A stretch of 64,000 bases of DNA from Sminthopsis crassicaudata (lineage: Eukaryota). This document shows positions 50,301-58,300 of the stretch, piece after piece (position 1 is the first letter of the stretch; each line of letters starts with the position of its first letter). The notes under the pieces were generated by a model that ran no database searches, had not been told where the DNA came from, and saw only the letters and a list, made by a program, of their open reading frames with translations. The position numbers were made by a program, and so were the translations under genes. The stretch spans positions 335,435,765 to 335,499,764 of the forward strand of contig NC_133620.1 in assembly GCF_048593235.1 (NCBI RefSeq), read 5' to 3'.

Positions 50301-53300
50301 AAGAAGAGGGAGGGAGACAGAGACAAAGTGAGACAGAGATGGAGAGAGACAGAGACAGATGACAGAGACAGAGACACACATAGAGATAGAGATAGATAAA
50401 AGCAAAGAGAGGGAAAGGGAGGGAGAAAGGGAAATAGAGTCAGAGACATCTAGGCTCCCCACCTCAAATTCCAATTTAGGAATAAAAACCCAAACTCATC
50501 ATTTGCTCAATTGGGAACCCTGAAGTCAAACAGGTGGGTGGAAGAGACAAAAATCAGAGGTATCTAGGGAGAAGGTTTGGTCACTGATGTTACTGAGTCA
50601 TGTCCAACTCTTCATGACCCATTTGCCATTTCCCTCTCAGATTAAGATTCCAGCTAGAAAGTCTGAGGCCAGATTTGAATCATAAAGATAAGTCTTCCTG
50701 GCAGCATTCCATCTCCTGCACTATCTATACCTAGCTATGCCATCAGGTACAGTGAATTAGGAAGCAAAATGACTCCTCTTGGGTTAGATATGGCCTCAGA
50801 CACTTAGTAGCTTGTAACCTTGGGCATATCACTTAACCTTATTAGTGTCCTTTTCATCATGAGTTAGAGAAGGAAATGGCAAACCACTCCAGAATCTTTA
50901 CCAAGAAATACTCCCAAGCCTCCCCCCCCCCCAATCAAGGAACACCAACCCCCAAGGCAGCCCTTCACCTTATAGCATAAGGTGGCCAGGTTGGAAGGTG
51001 ACTCTTCCCGAACAGCCCTGATCTCCGCTGCTGGAACTAGAGCAAAAACATCCTGTACTGAGGTGGCTGAGTCTGCCCAGAACTGGTCCCAGAAAGCATC
51101 ATCAGTGGCTTCCACAGGCTGAAAGGGAGATGAAGCATTCAAAAATGTCAGTACAATCATCTACCTTCCCTCCCTCAATCCTGAGGATTAGGTATGAGAC
51201 AAAGGGCTCACCCACAGTTGCCTCTTGGCCAAAAGTGATCTCAGAATACAAAGAAAGGGAATATCAATGTTTTCCTTACAGTCCCAGACAAACCCCAAGA
51301 TCAAATGGATTTTGGGGAGAATCCCATAAAAATCTCTGAGTCCCTGACTGGGAGACAGTGGAGCCTGTAACAAAGAACCTGATCACTGTGTTGACAAGAA
51401 AACAAAAGAACCTATTGAAGAATGGAGTCCAGCCAAAACAACAAAGTCTACCAAGAAGGACAGGATACTGTGGTCAGAAGAGTCAAAATGATGGCATTTT
51501 ATTCTGAGCACTACTAAAGCACTGCTGTGTGACCCTAGATATCTCCCTTTTGCTCTGAAGCAAGGTGACTGCCATTTAAAAGTTCTGGCGGTCACTACTG
51601 GGTCTGTGTCCCAAAGAGATCATGAAAGAAGGAAAAGGACCCACATGTGCAAAAATGTTTGTGGCAGCCCTTTTTGTAGTGGTAAAGAACTGGAAAATGA
51701 ATGAATGCCCATCAATTGGAGAATGGTTGGGTAAATTATGGCATATGAATGTTATAGAATATTATTGTTCTGTAAGAAATTGAAGCAGGTTGTGGTCCCT
51801 TTAAGAAACTAGTCCTTTCAGATTGATTTATTCCTTTCTGATTCCCATCATATCCATCATTCTAGAAGCTAGGACCTTTGATTCACAAATCCTGGCCAAA
51901 AGCACCCTTTTTGAATTCCAATAGGAGATATGGGCCTGTCCCAGACCACACCCATCTGAGCCAACTTGGGACACCACCCACAGCCCCCTTTAGCTAAATC
52001 TCTCATTATAAAACAGCCAAGCTAGAGTCCTCTCTTTATAGAGGTTCCTATGGCAGCCATACACCTGGCATGCCAAAGATCTCTGCCCGCTGGAACACTG
52101 TTTCCGGTGCCTTCTTCTCTTTACCCTCACTCATTTCCTTAACTAGACTTAACCTGACTTCCAATCCCCATAATAAACCTCTTCTATCAATCTAGGTTTT
52201 CAGGGCTGTAAATTCCAGGGACTCTTGTGCCACCACTAGACCTCATTTAACTCCGTATCCTTGCGCCGAAACCTGAGGGGTTGCAGGGGAGCTCTATTTG
52301 ACTCCCTGAACCCTAAGCCTGCCACTAGACTTCAATTTCATTTAAGTACCCCAAATCTATACCTCATCAACATGATGAGTAGCATTTCTAAAATATAGAG
52401 AGAACTGAGTCAATTTTATAAGAATACAAGTCATTCCCCAATTAATAAATGGTTAAAGGATATGAACAATTTTCAGATGAGGAAATAAAAGCCATCTATA
52501 GTCAAATTTTTAAAAATGCTCTAAATCACTATCAATTAGAGAAATGTAAATTAAAACAACTCTGAGATACCATTACACACCTATCAAATTGGCAAAGATG
52601 ATAGGCAAAGATAATGATGAATATTGGAGGGGATGTGGGAAACCTAGGACACTAATACATTGTTGGTGGAGTTGTGAACTGATTCATCCATTTTGGGGAG
52701 CATTTTGGAACTATGCCCAAAAGATTATTAAACTGTGCATTCCCCTTTGATACAGCAGTGCTACTATTGGGTCTATATCAAATTAATCATAAAAGAGGGG
52801 GAAAGACACACATGTGCAAAAATATTTGTAGCAACTCTTTTTGTGGTGGCAAAGAATTGGAAAATGAGTGGATGTCCATTGGTAGGGAAATGGCTGAATA
52901 AGTTATGGCAAATGCAGGTAAGGAATGTTAATATAAAAAATGATGAACAGCCTGATTTTAGAAAAACTTGGAAAGATTTATATGGACTGATGCTGAGTGA
53001 AACAAGCAGAATCAGGAAAATAATGTACATAGAAACAACAAGATTATATGATGATCAACTACCACAGACTTGGTTCTTCTCAGCAATTCAGTGATCCAAA
53101 ACAATCCTAATAAACTTTGGATGGAAAATAATATCAGCATCCAAAAAAAAAGTAGCCACTGTTTCTACATTGTGCTCCATACTTAAGGGAGACAGTCTTC
53201 ACTCTAGATTGCAAATAAGCAAATAAAGTCCTATGCTGTTAAAAAAAAAAAAAGAAAAAGAAAGAAATTATAAGCAGGCTGATTTCAGAAAAGCCTGGAA

Positions 53301-56300
53301 TGACTTGTATGTACTGACACTGAGTGAAGTGAACAGAACCAGGAGAACACTGCTCTTTTCGGCAATATAATGATCCAAGACAATTCCAATAGACTTGGGA
53401 TGGAAAATGCCATTCAAATTCAGAGAGAGAGAGAGAACTATGGAGGCTGAATGTGACCTGAAATATACTGTTTTCACCTTTTTAAAAATTGTTTGCTTTT
53501 TCTTTTTTGTGTTTTTTTCCCTTTTTGTTCTGACTTTTCTTTCACAACATGACTAATTTGGAAATATGTTTAAAATGATTGTACATACATAATCTATGTC
53601 AGAGTGTTTACTGTTTAGGGGAGAGGGGAGATAAGGGAGGAAAGAAAGGGAAGAACAAAAAAAAATTAGCACACAAAGTCTTTAAAAAATGAATGTTGCT
53701 ATACATTTCAACAGTATTGTATGAAGATGTATTCTGATGGAAGTGGATATTTTCAACAAAGAGATTTAACTCAGTTCCAACTGATTAATGATGGACCGAA
53801 TCAGCTACACCCAGAGAAGGAACACTGGGAAATGAGTGTAAACTGTTTGCATTTTTGTTTTTCTTCCCTAGTTATTTTTACCTTCCGAATCCAATTCTTC
53901 CTGTGCAACAAGAGAAGTGTATGCTTCTGCACACATATATTGTATCTAGGATACACTTTAACATATTTAACATATGCTATCTAGGGGAAGGAGTGGAGGG
54001 AGGGAAGGGAAAAGTTGGAACAGAAATGAATGCAAAGGATAATGTAAAAAATTACCCAGGCATATGTTCTGTTATAAAAAGTTATAATTTTTTAAAAGGA
54101 AGAAAAAAAATGAATGTTGAAAACGATCTTTACATGTATTTGGAAAAATAAAGGGAAAAAAAAGTTCTAGCACTGTCCAGAATATCAAACCACGGCTACT
54201 TCCTTTCCTTTGTTCAAAGAAATAGTATCTCTCCTCACTAAAGCCAATTCCTTTACTTTGTACCTCTTCTTCTTTCAGGGTCTCCCAAATACAAACTTTG
54301 CTGGTATTTAACACGGGGTGGCTCTGGCCTCCCCTTCAAACAAACACTGTAGTCCGGACAAACTGGTCTTGATGTCCCTCATATACAACATTCCATTTCC
54401 AGTCGCTGTGGTTTTGCACAGGCTGTCTTTCATATTCCCTCCTCACCTCCATGGCAGGATATGAACTTAAGTCTTTCTAGTAGAGTTTCTAGCACATACT
54501 AGTGCTTAATAAATGCTTGTTTCCTTTCTTCCTTCCTCCCTATGACCTCTATCCTTCAAAGTTTGGCTCCCACATGAGGCCTTTCCTGAACTCCCCCATC
54601 CCCAAAGCAAGCACCCACACAAACCTGCTAGTATCTCCCTTCCCAAAAGATTGTATCTACTTAGAATTATACATAACTCTCTCTTTGAGAGCAGGGACTA
54701 CTTTGTCTCATTGGTTTGGGATCTCTAATGCTTAGCACTATGACTGGCATATAGTAAGTGCTTAATAAACAGATATAAATATGTAAATACACATGTGTAT
54801 GTGTAAATATGCACATACACATAAACAAGATAAATAGAATGTAAGCACTTTGAAGGCAAAGATTATTCACATAAGTTTTTGTATCCCCAGCACTTTGGAC
54901 TGTGTCTGGGTCCTTAAAAAAGAAAAAAACTGTTGATTGACAAGTTAATTCCATTAATCTCCCCAATCTTTCATGTGTTTTCTTTCTTCTTCTTCAGGCA
55001 ATCAAGATTAAGTGATTTGATCAGAGTCACACAGCTAGTAAACAGTGTCTGAGATCTGACTTGAAGTGCCCTCCTGCTCCAGGGCCAGTGTTCTATCTAC
55101 TGCACCACTAGCTGCACTTTTCATGTATTTCCACTCTTTTCCTTCCTGCTGAATCCTTCCTCTTCTATAAATATGCCTGTCTTCCTAATCCTAAAAAAAT
55201 AAGTATGTAATCTTTCTAAAAAGTGCCTTTAATGCTTAGAAAATGTTTCTTGAATTGAATTCTACCCTGGCTAATTGTCATTCCATTTCTCTCCTTTCTT
55301 TTCCTGCTAAACTTAATAGGAAATCTGTCAGTGGTCCATGTGCCCTCACCATCCTCACCATCCTCAGCTTTTTTCAATCAAACTTCTTTCCCCCCCCATT
55401 CCACTGGGTGTTCTCTCAGAAGTCAACCTGGAGGAAAGTTCCTCTGGAACTCCAAGAAGCTGAGGCAAGCAGGGTAAGTGACTTTCCCAGGGCCACACAG
55501 TGGTTGAGATTTAAATCCCAGACCCAGCCTTTATTTGTGCCCTGTGCCTGCAATAACTTCTCTCTGCCTCCCCCAAAACTGTCGCTTAAATCCTCTATCT
55601 TCCCCTTGAATGCTACCCCTTCTAGACAATATCATGAGCCTGCTGTTGGGAGAGGATGCGCCAGGATGCCCTTCCCCCTCGATTTCGGCAGCAGCCAGGA
55701 CAAGCCGGACCGCCGCCGCCGGCTGAAAGGGCCAGGTGCTAACAGGGACGGTGTGTCTTCCCGGGACTGTGCAGTTTAGAGCACAGAGTTGACAGAAAGG
55801 AATACAATGTCAGTCAGGGGGACGCTGCATTACAGGCCTGTGAACGTCAGACAGAAGAGCTGGGATTTTATTCAGCTGAGATGCTCTTTCAAAACAGCCA
55901 CCACTGCACTCTCTCCCTAACTTTCCCACCAGGACTCCACCCACTTGGGGACTGGGACAGGAAACAGAAAGCCATAGAGAACTAGCCGCCAGGCCCGGTG
56001 ATTGGGGCCGATCCCCTGCTGGGGCAGGGCTGGGGGGTAGGAAGAAAACAGGATGCCCCACAGGAAAGTCAGAGAGGCGCCTCCAGGCTCAGCCACAGGA
56101 AAAGGCTTCTTCTCACCTCGGGAGCGGAGCCGTCGGTTCTAATCCTGGGGCTCCCTCCAGAGGTCCCCGTTACTCCCTTCCTCCTCTGGGAGGAGGCGCA
56201 AAAGCAGACCTGAGCAGGGAAACCTGGCTCCCTCTCCTCCTTTTCAGAACAAGAGTAACGTTTTCCAGGGCCTTCTCTCAGAGCTGGGATTGCGGCGGGG

Positions 56301-58060
56301 GATGAGGGGATGAAGTGGAGCTTTGTAGAGAAGGGCGCCTGAAAGAAAAAACCCTCAGACGCCCTTTTCTCAGCTTGGCTTCTACACCAAACTAGGTCCC
56401 CCGGGGACCAGAGCACCCACTGGCCTCTTAAAAAGCTCCTGCACATGCCGCCCACAGCCGCATCCCCAGCCCAGGGTGTGCCAGACGCCTCCCTAGGGGA
56501 CTTATCTTTACTCCTCCTCTGCTCTGCACCCGGGTTTGGCCTTTCTACCCACGGACTTGGCGATCTGTGCCAGCTGCAACTGGCGCCTGGGGTCAGGGAG
56601 GGCAGCGGGAAACAGGGAGGGGTCGGGGGGAGCATCCGTGGGGAAGACCCGCCTCCCAAAAGCAATGCAGCCTTTCCCGGGAGTCCGCAGCAGCGGCTGG
56701 AGGGCAGGAGTGGCCTGTGGGCTTGGGGGGAGGGGTCTCAGAGTTCCACGGGGAGCACGACCCCGACAGTGAAAGCAGAGGCTAACACGGGGGGTACAAG
56801 GCCAGGCAGCGCCGGAATAAGAGAATTACGGCAGCGGGCTGTAATGCCTGTTGCTAACTTCAAAAGGCCGCCGCTCTGGGGCTAGAGGGGCTTGAAGGCC
56901 ATCCAGACCGTGCCCTTCTTTTACAGGAGAAAGAGCGGCCTGCAGAGCCCCAAGGCGGGAGCCAGCCGCGGCACCTGTGACTCGGGCAGGGATGGCCCCC
57001 TGCCCCGCGGGTCGGATGACAGGATCCTCACCAGAACCGGGGCAGGGAGGCCCCCCCGTCAGCTGCCGGAAGGAGCCGGGGATCAGGACCGGTGACAGCG
57101 ATGGGGCCGCGCCTGACCGCAGGGAGGGGGAGCGGTCTGTGGCCGTGAAGGAAGAGGGGCCGGGAAGGCTCCGGGGGGAGGGGGCGCAAGCAGCTGCCCC
57201 AGGCCCTCCCTCAGACCGTGGGTTCAGAGGCTGGGGCGGAGGCACGGGGGGGGGGGTTCTGCTGAATCCCGCCTCGGGGACCAGTGTTTGGGCGGCCCAC
57301 TGGCGGTGGAAACCCCTGTGCCCCCGTCTACCCATCAGCCCATACACTGTGGCTGTAAGAAGGGCCCCCCTCACGCCACACTCACACACACAGCCGGCTT
57401 TGCGGTCCGGCCGCAGCCCCCCGCGGAGGGGCAGCGGGCAGGGCACCTGCCACCCCCTCCCCGGGTCGGGCGCGCCCCAGCAGGCTTGGGGAAGCGTGCG
57501 GGCCCTCCGGGCCCCGGGGCCGCGAGAGCCCGGCCAGGCCCGACCACAGCGACGCACAGCAGCTGTTACCCCCAGCCCGGCTTTGTTTGCACTGAGTCAT
57601 GGAAGGCTAGGCGTGCGGACCGACTGGCACCCGGGGTGGGTGGGAGCCGGAACCCAGAGAGGGAATGATTCCCGAGGGGGAGGGAGGCGGGGAGAACACG
57701 GAGGGAGGGGGAGGGGAGGGAGCTGCCAGCCGGCTCTCCCAGGCGTAGGCACACGTCAGCCTAGGGCCACAACCACCGCGGCCGGGGGCCGGGGGCTCCC
57801 GAGGGCTCCTCTGCTCGGCCCGCACGCCCCCATCACAGCCCACCCTCCCCCAGCTCGTTCCCCCCGCCCGCCGCGGCCTCCAACCCCGCGGCTCCCCCGG
57901 CTGCCGGGGAGCCCGCGGTGCAGCCAGCCCCGGCCCCGAAGATGAGGATGGGGAGGCGCGGGGAGGGGGCGCCCAGGCTCGGCCCGGCCCGCACCTGAGT
58001 CTTGGTGGTGAGCTGGATGACCGCCTTCCGGAAGTTCAGCTTAGAGTCCGCCGTGCCCAT
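32252..58060 (-). CDS. HID1: HID1 domain-containing protein (Golgi/TGN dense-core vesicle biogenesis factor), 19 coding exons, about 795 aa
   Basis: Runs from MGTADSKLNFRKAVIQLTTKTQ (MGxxxS myristoylation-type N-terminus) to NVDPPVWYDTDVKLFEIQRV*. All 19 exons were located. All visible boundaries are AG/GT with consistent phases. The 3' ends of exons 3 and 6 fall in N-gaps. Confidence 0.96.
32585..32805. mobile_element. Short non-autonomous hAT-type MITE
   Basis: GGTTCTTAATC...GTGTCA...CCTTTTGGCAGTCTG...ATGGACCCC...GATTAAGCATCCCT with inverted ends. Related copies lie near 2000-2190, 30190-30550 (split by a SINE) and 35955-36170. The family name was not determined. Confidence 0.55.
32956..33114 (-). 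CDS. HID1: HID1 exon 18 (159 bp)
   Basis: GLTDESEILKFLQHGTLVGLLPVPHPILIRKYQANSGTAMWFRTYMWGVIYL(R); CTGCAG/GTAAAG. Confidence 0.95.
33546..33637 (-). CDS. HID1: HID1 exon 17 (92 bp)
   Basis: VLSWKSKLPLQTIMRLLQVLVPQVEKICID(K); GTAG/GTGAGT. Confidence 0.95.
34238..34630. repeat. Long degenerate alternating purine-pyrimidine (TG/CA/TA) tract
   Basis: About 390 bp of TGTG/CATG/TATG variants in HID1 intron 16. Confidence 0.9.
34768..34848 (-). CDS. HID1: HID1 exon 16 (81 bp)
   Basis: ELGQACQEQQQSPTASADGQWSPTPDW; CAG/GTGAGG. Confidence 0.93.
35331..35464 (-). CDS. HID1: HID1 exon 15 (134 bp)
   Basis: (G)IDKLTEKSQVSEDGTMKSLEPESSRSPAESSSPARKSEEEQWNG; CCAAG acceptor; phase-0 donor GTAAAA at 35330. 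Confidence 0.88.
36454..36681 (-). CDS. HID1: HID1 exon 14 (228 bp)
   Basis: (G)NSNLVYAIIRKRSVFHQLANLPTDMPSIHKALQRRRKTPE...LKTSLVATP; TTAG/GTCTGA. Confidence 0.94.
37132..37296 (-). CDS. HID1: HID1 exon 13 (165 bp)
   Basis: (V)SPYLKSLSMVAANKLLHLLEAFSTTWFLFSAVQNHHLVFFLLEVFNNIIQYQFD; CCAG/GTGAGA. Confidence 0.95.
37948..38026 (-). CDS. HID1: HID1 exon 12 (79 bp)
   Basis: VFHKIITSGHQRLQPLFDCLLTIIVN; TTAG/GTAAAG. Confidence 0.95.
38172..38323 (-). CDS. HID1: HID1 exon 11 (152 bp)
   Basis: RVGLMHIGVFILLLLSGERNFGVRLNKPYSVRVPMDIPVFTGTHADLLIV; CAG/GTGAGA. Confidence 0.95.
38499..38589 (-). CDS. HID1: HID1 exon 10 (91 bp)
   Basis: KFLFFVLKSSDVLDILVPILFFLNDARADQ(S); TAAG/GTGAGT. Confidence 0.95.
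39067..39207 (-). CDS. HID1: HID1 exon 9 (141 bp)
   Basis: DFQFILKGVARLLSNPLLQTYLPNSAKKIQFHQELLVLFWKLCDFNK; CAG/GTGAGC. Confidence 0.95.
40105..40161 (-). CDS. HID1: HID1 exon 8 (57 bp)
   Basis: PPGPENLFVNYLSRIHREE; CAG/GTGAGT. Confidence 0.95.
40578..40800 (-). CDS. HID1: HID1 exon 7 (223 bp)
   Basis: HALPLFTSLLNIVCAYDPVGYGIPYNHLLFSDYREPLVEEAAQVL...GTAMDDAD; CACAG/GTAAGA. Confidence 0.95.
41915..42175 (+). mobile_element. MAR1-type CORE SINE with RTE/BovB-like 3' end
   Basis: CORE followed by GAAATGGCAAATCACTTTAATATCTTTGCCAAG...GAAGAGTTGGACACAACTGAAACTGAACAA. Similar copies lie near 2757-2950, 21588-21805, 26028-26265, 29630-29820, 34015-34230, 37500-37670, 43465-43712, 47947-48165, 50570-50910, 62058-62300 and 63480-63660. 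Confidence 0.75.
42374..44569 (+). mobile_element. hAT-Charlie-like DNA transposon relic with nested L1 and SINE insertions
   Basis: Imperfect TIRs (GTGGTCTCCAAAGT versus the reverse complement of ACTTCAGAGACCAC); 8-bp flanks CTATAAAG / CTGTAAAA; a decayed transposase C-terminus-like peptide (SFS..KTK.KN..NLE.DL.I.L) at about 44170-44270. Confidence 0.65.
44893..45006 (-). CDS. HID1: HID1 exon 6, visible part (last ~3 nt and donor in N-gap)
   Basis: TELLKLLLTCFSEAMYLPPSPDCNSANPWVQFFCSTE, then N-run; TTAG acceptor. Confidence 0.93.
45495..45601 (-). CDS. HID1: HID1 exon 5 (107 bp)
   Basis: DSAEDIHSLDSCEYIWEAGVGFAHSPQPNYTHDLN(R); CAG/GTGAGC. Confidence 0.95.
46400..46510 (-). CDS. HID1: HID1 exon 4 (111 bp)
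   Basis: GEEDENARPLAESLLLAIADLLFCPDFTVQSHRKSAV; GGCAG acceptor, GTGAGT donor. Confidence 0.93.
48420..48619. repeat. (TC/TGTC)n pyrimidine-rich simple repeat running into an N-gap
   Basis: Directly visible. Confidence 0.9.
48787..48939 (-). CDS. HID1: HID1 exon 3, visible part (3' end lies in N-gap; about 48769 if 171 bp as in human)
   Basis: AVEKLVQGSESGCHSEKEKQIVLNCCRLLTRVLPYIFEDPDWRGFFWSTVP, then N-run. Confidence 0.93.
50160..50460. repeat. (GAG/GAC)n trinucleotide plus GA-rich polypurine tract
   Basis: Directly visible in HID1 intron 2. Confidence 0.9.
50969..51118 (-). CDS. HID1: HID1 exon 2 (150 bp)
   Basis: PVEATDDAFWDQFWADSATSVQDVFALVPAAEIRAVREESPSNLATLCYK; AG/GTGAAG. Confidence 0.96.
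51600..51780 (+). mobile_element. LINE-1 ORF2 3' fragment, interrupted by an LTR
   Basis: CCCAAAGAGATC...ATGTGCAAAAATGTTTGTGGCAGCCC...TATTATTGTTCTGTAAGAAAT is marsupial L1 3' sequence, also seen at 63890-64000. Confidence 0.8.
51781..52369 (+). mobile_element. Solo ERV LTR (589 bp)
   Basis: TGAAG...CATCA termini; TATAAAA at 52007-52013; AATAAA at 52172-52177; flanked by AAAT / ACAT (4-bp TSD, 1 mismatch); splits an L1 at ...AGAAAT|GATGAG. Confidence 0.7.
52395..53140 (+). mobile_element. LINE-1 ORF2 C-terminal / 3' UTR fragment (degenerate)
   Basis: Broken ORFs 52713-53094 carry L1 ORF2 end-like peptides (FDTAVLLLG, IFVATLFVVAKNWK, LMLSE). Confidence 0.85.
53265..54160 (+). mobile_element. 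LINE-1 3' end containing a nested younger L1 3' fragment (53699-54104)
   Basis: AAAAAATGAATGTTG is duplicated at 53684-53698 and 54105-54119. The host L1 tail resumes afterwards (AAAACGATCTTTACATGTATTTGGAAAAATAAA). Confidence 0.8.
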
Positions 58061-58300
58061 GTCTCCTCCCGCGGCGGCCCGATCCCGGCCCCAGCGTCTC
58101 GGGGTACTCTCCCGGTGGCCGAGAGGAGCTCCCCGAGCGAGTCCCGTGCGTCCCCGCCTCGCTCCACCTCCGCCTCCTCCTCCAGGCCCGGCCCTCCGCC
58201 GGCACCTGCCGCTCCAGCCCAGGCTCCCGGCGGCCCTCCCCACGCCGCCCCGCCCCCTTCCCCATCACTGGCCAGCTCGGTCCGCTGCCGCTTTCTTGCT
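56400..58300. promoter_or_regulatory. CpG island over the HID1 promoter, exon 1 and proximal intron 1 (limits approximate)
   Basis: Very high GC, dense CpG, GC boxes and G-tracts; no recognisable interspersed repeats. Confidence 0.85.
57995..58060 (-). CDS. HID1: HID1 exon 1 (66 bp)
   Basis: MGTADSKLNFRKAVIQLTTKTQ; donor GTGCGG; inside CpG island. Confidence 0.96.

Noticed and set aside
48255-50474. Poly-E, poly-G, poly-S, poly-L and RE-rich ORFs
   Set aside because: They come from microsatellites and N-gaps. Only 48787-48939 is real coding sequence (HID1 exon 3).
52713-53094. ORFs with L1 ORF2-like peptides as an active retrotransposon
   Set aside because: They are short, frameshifted 3' fragments lacking endonuclease and RT domains.
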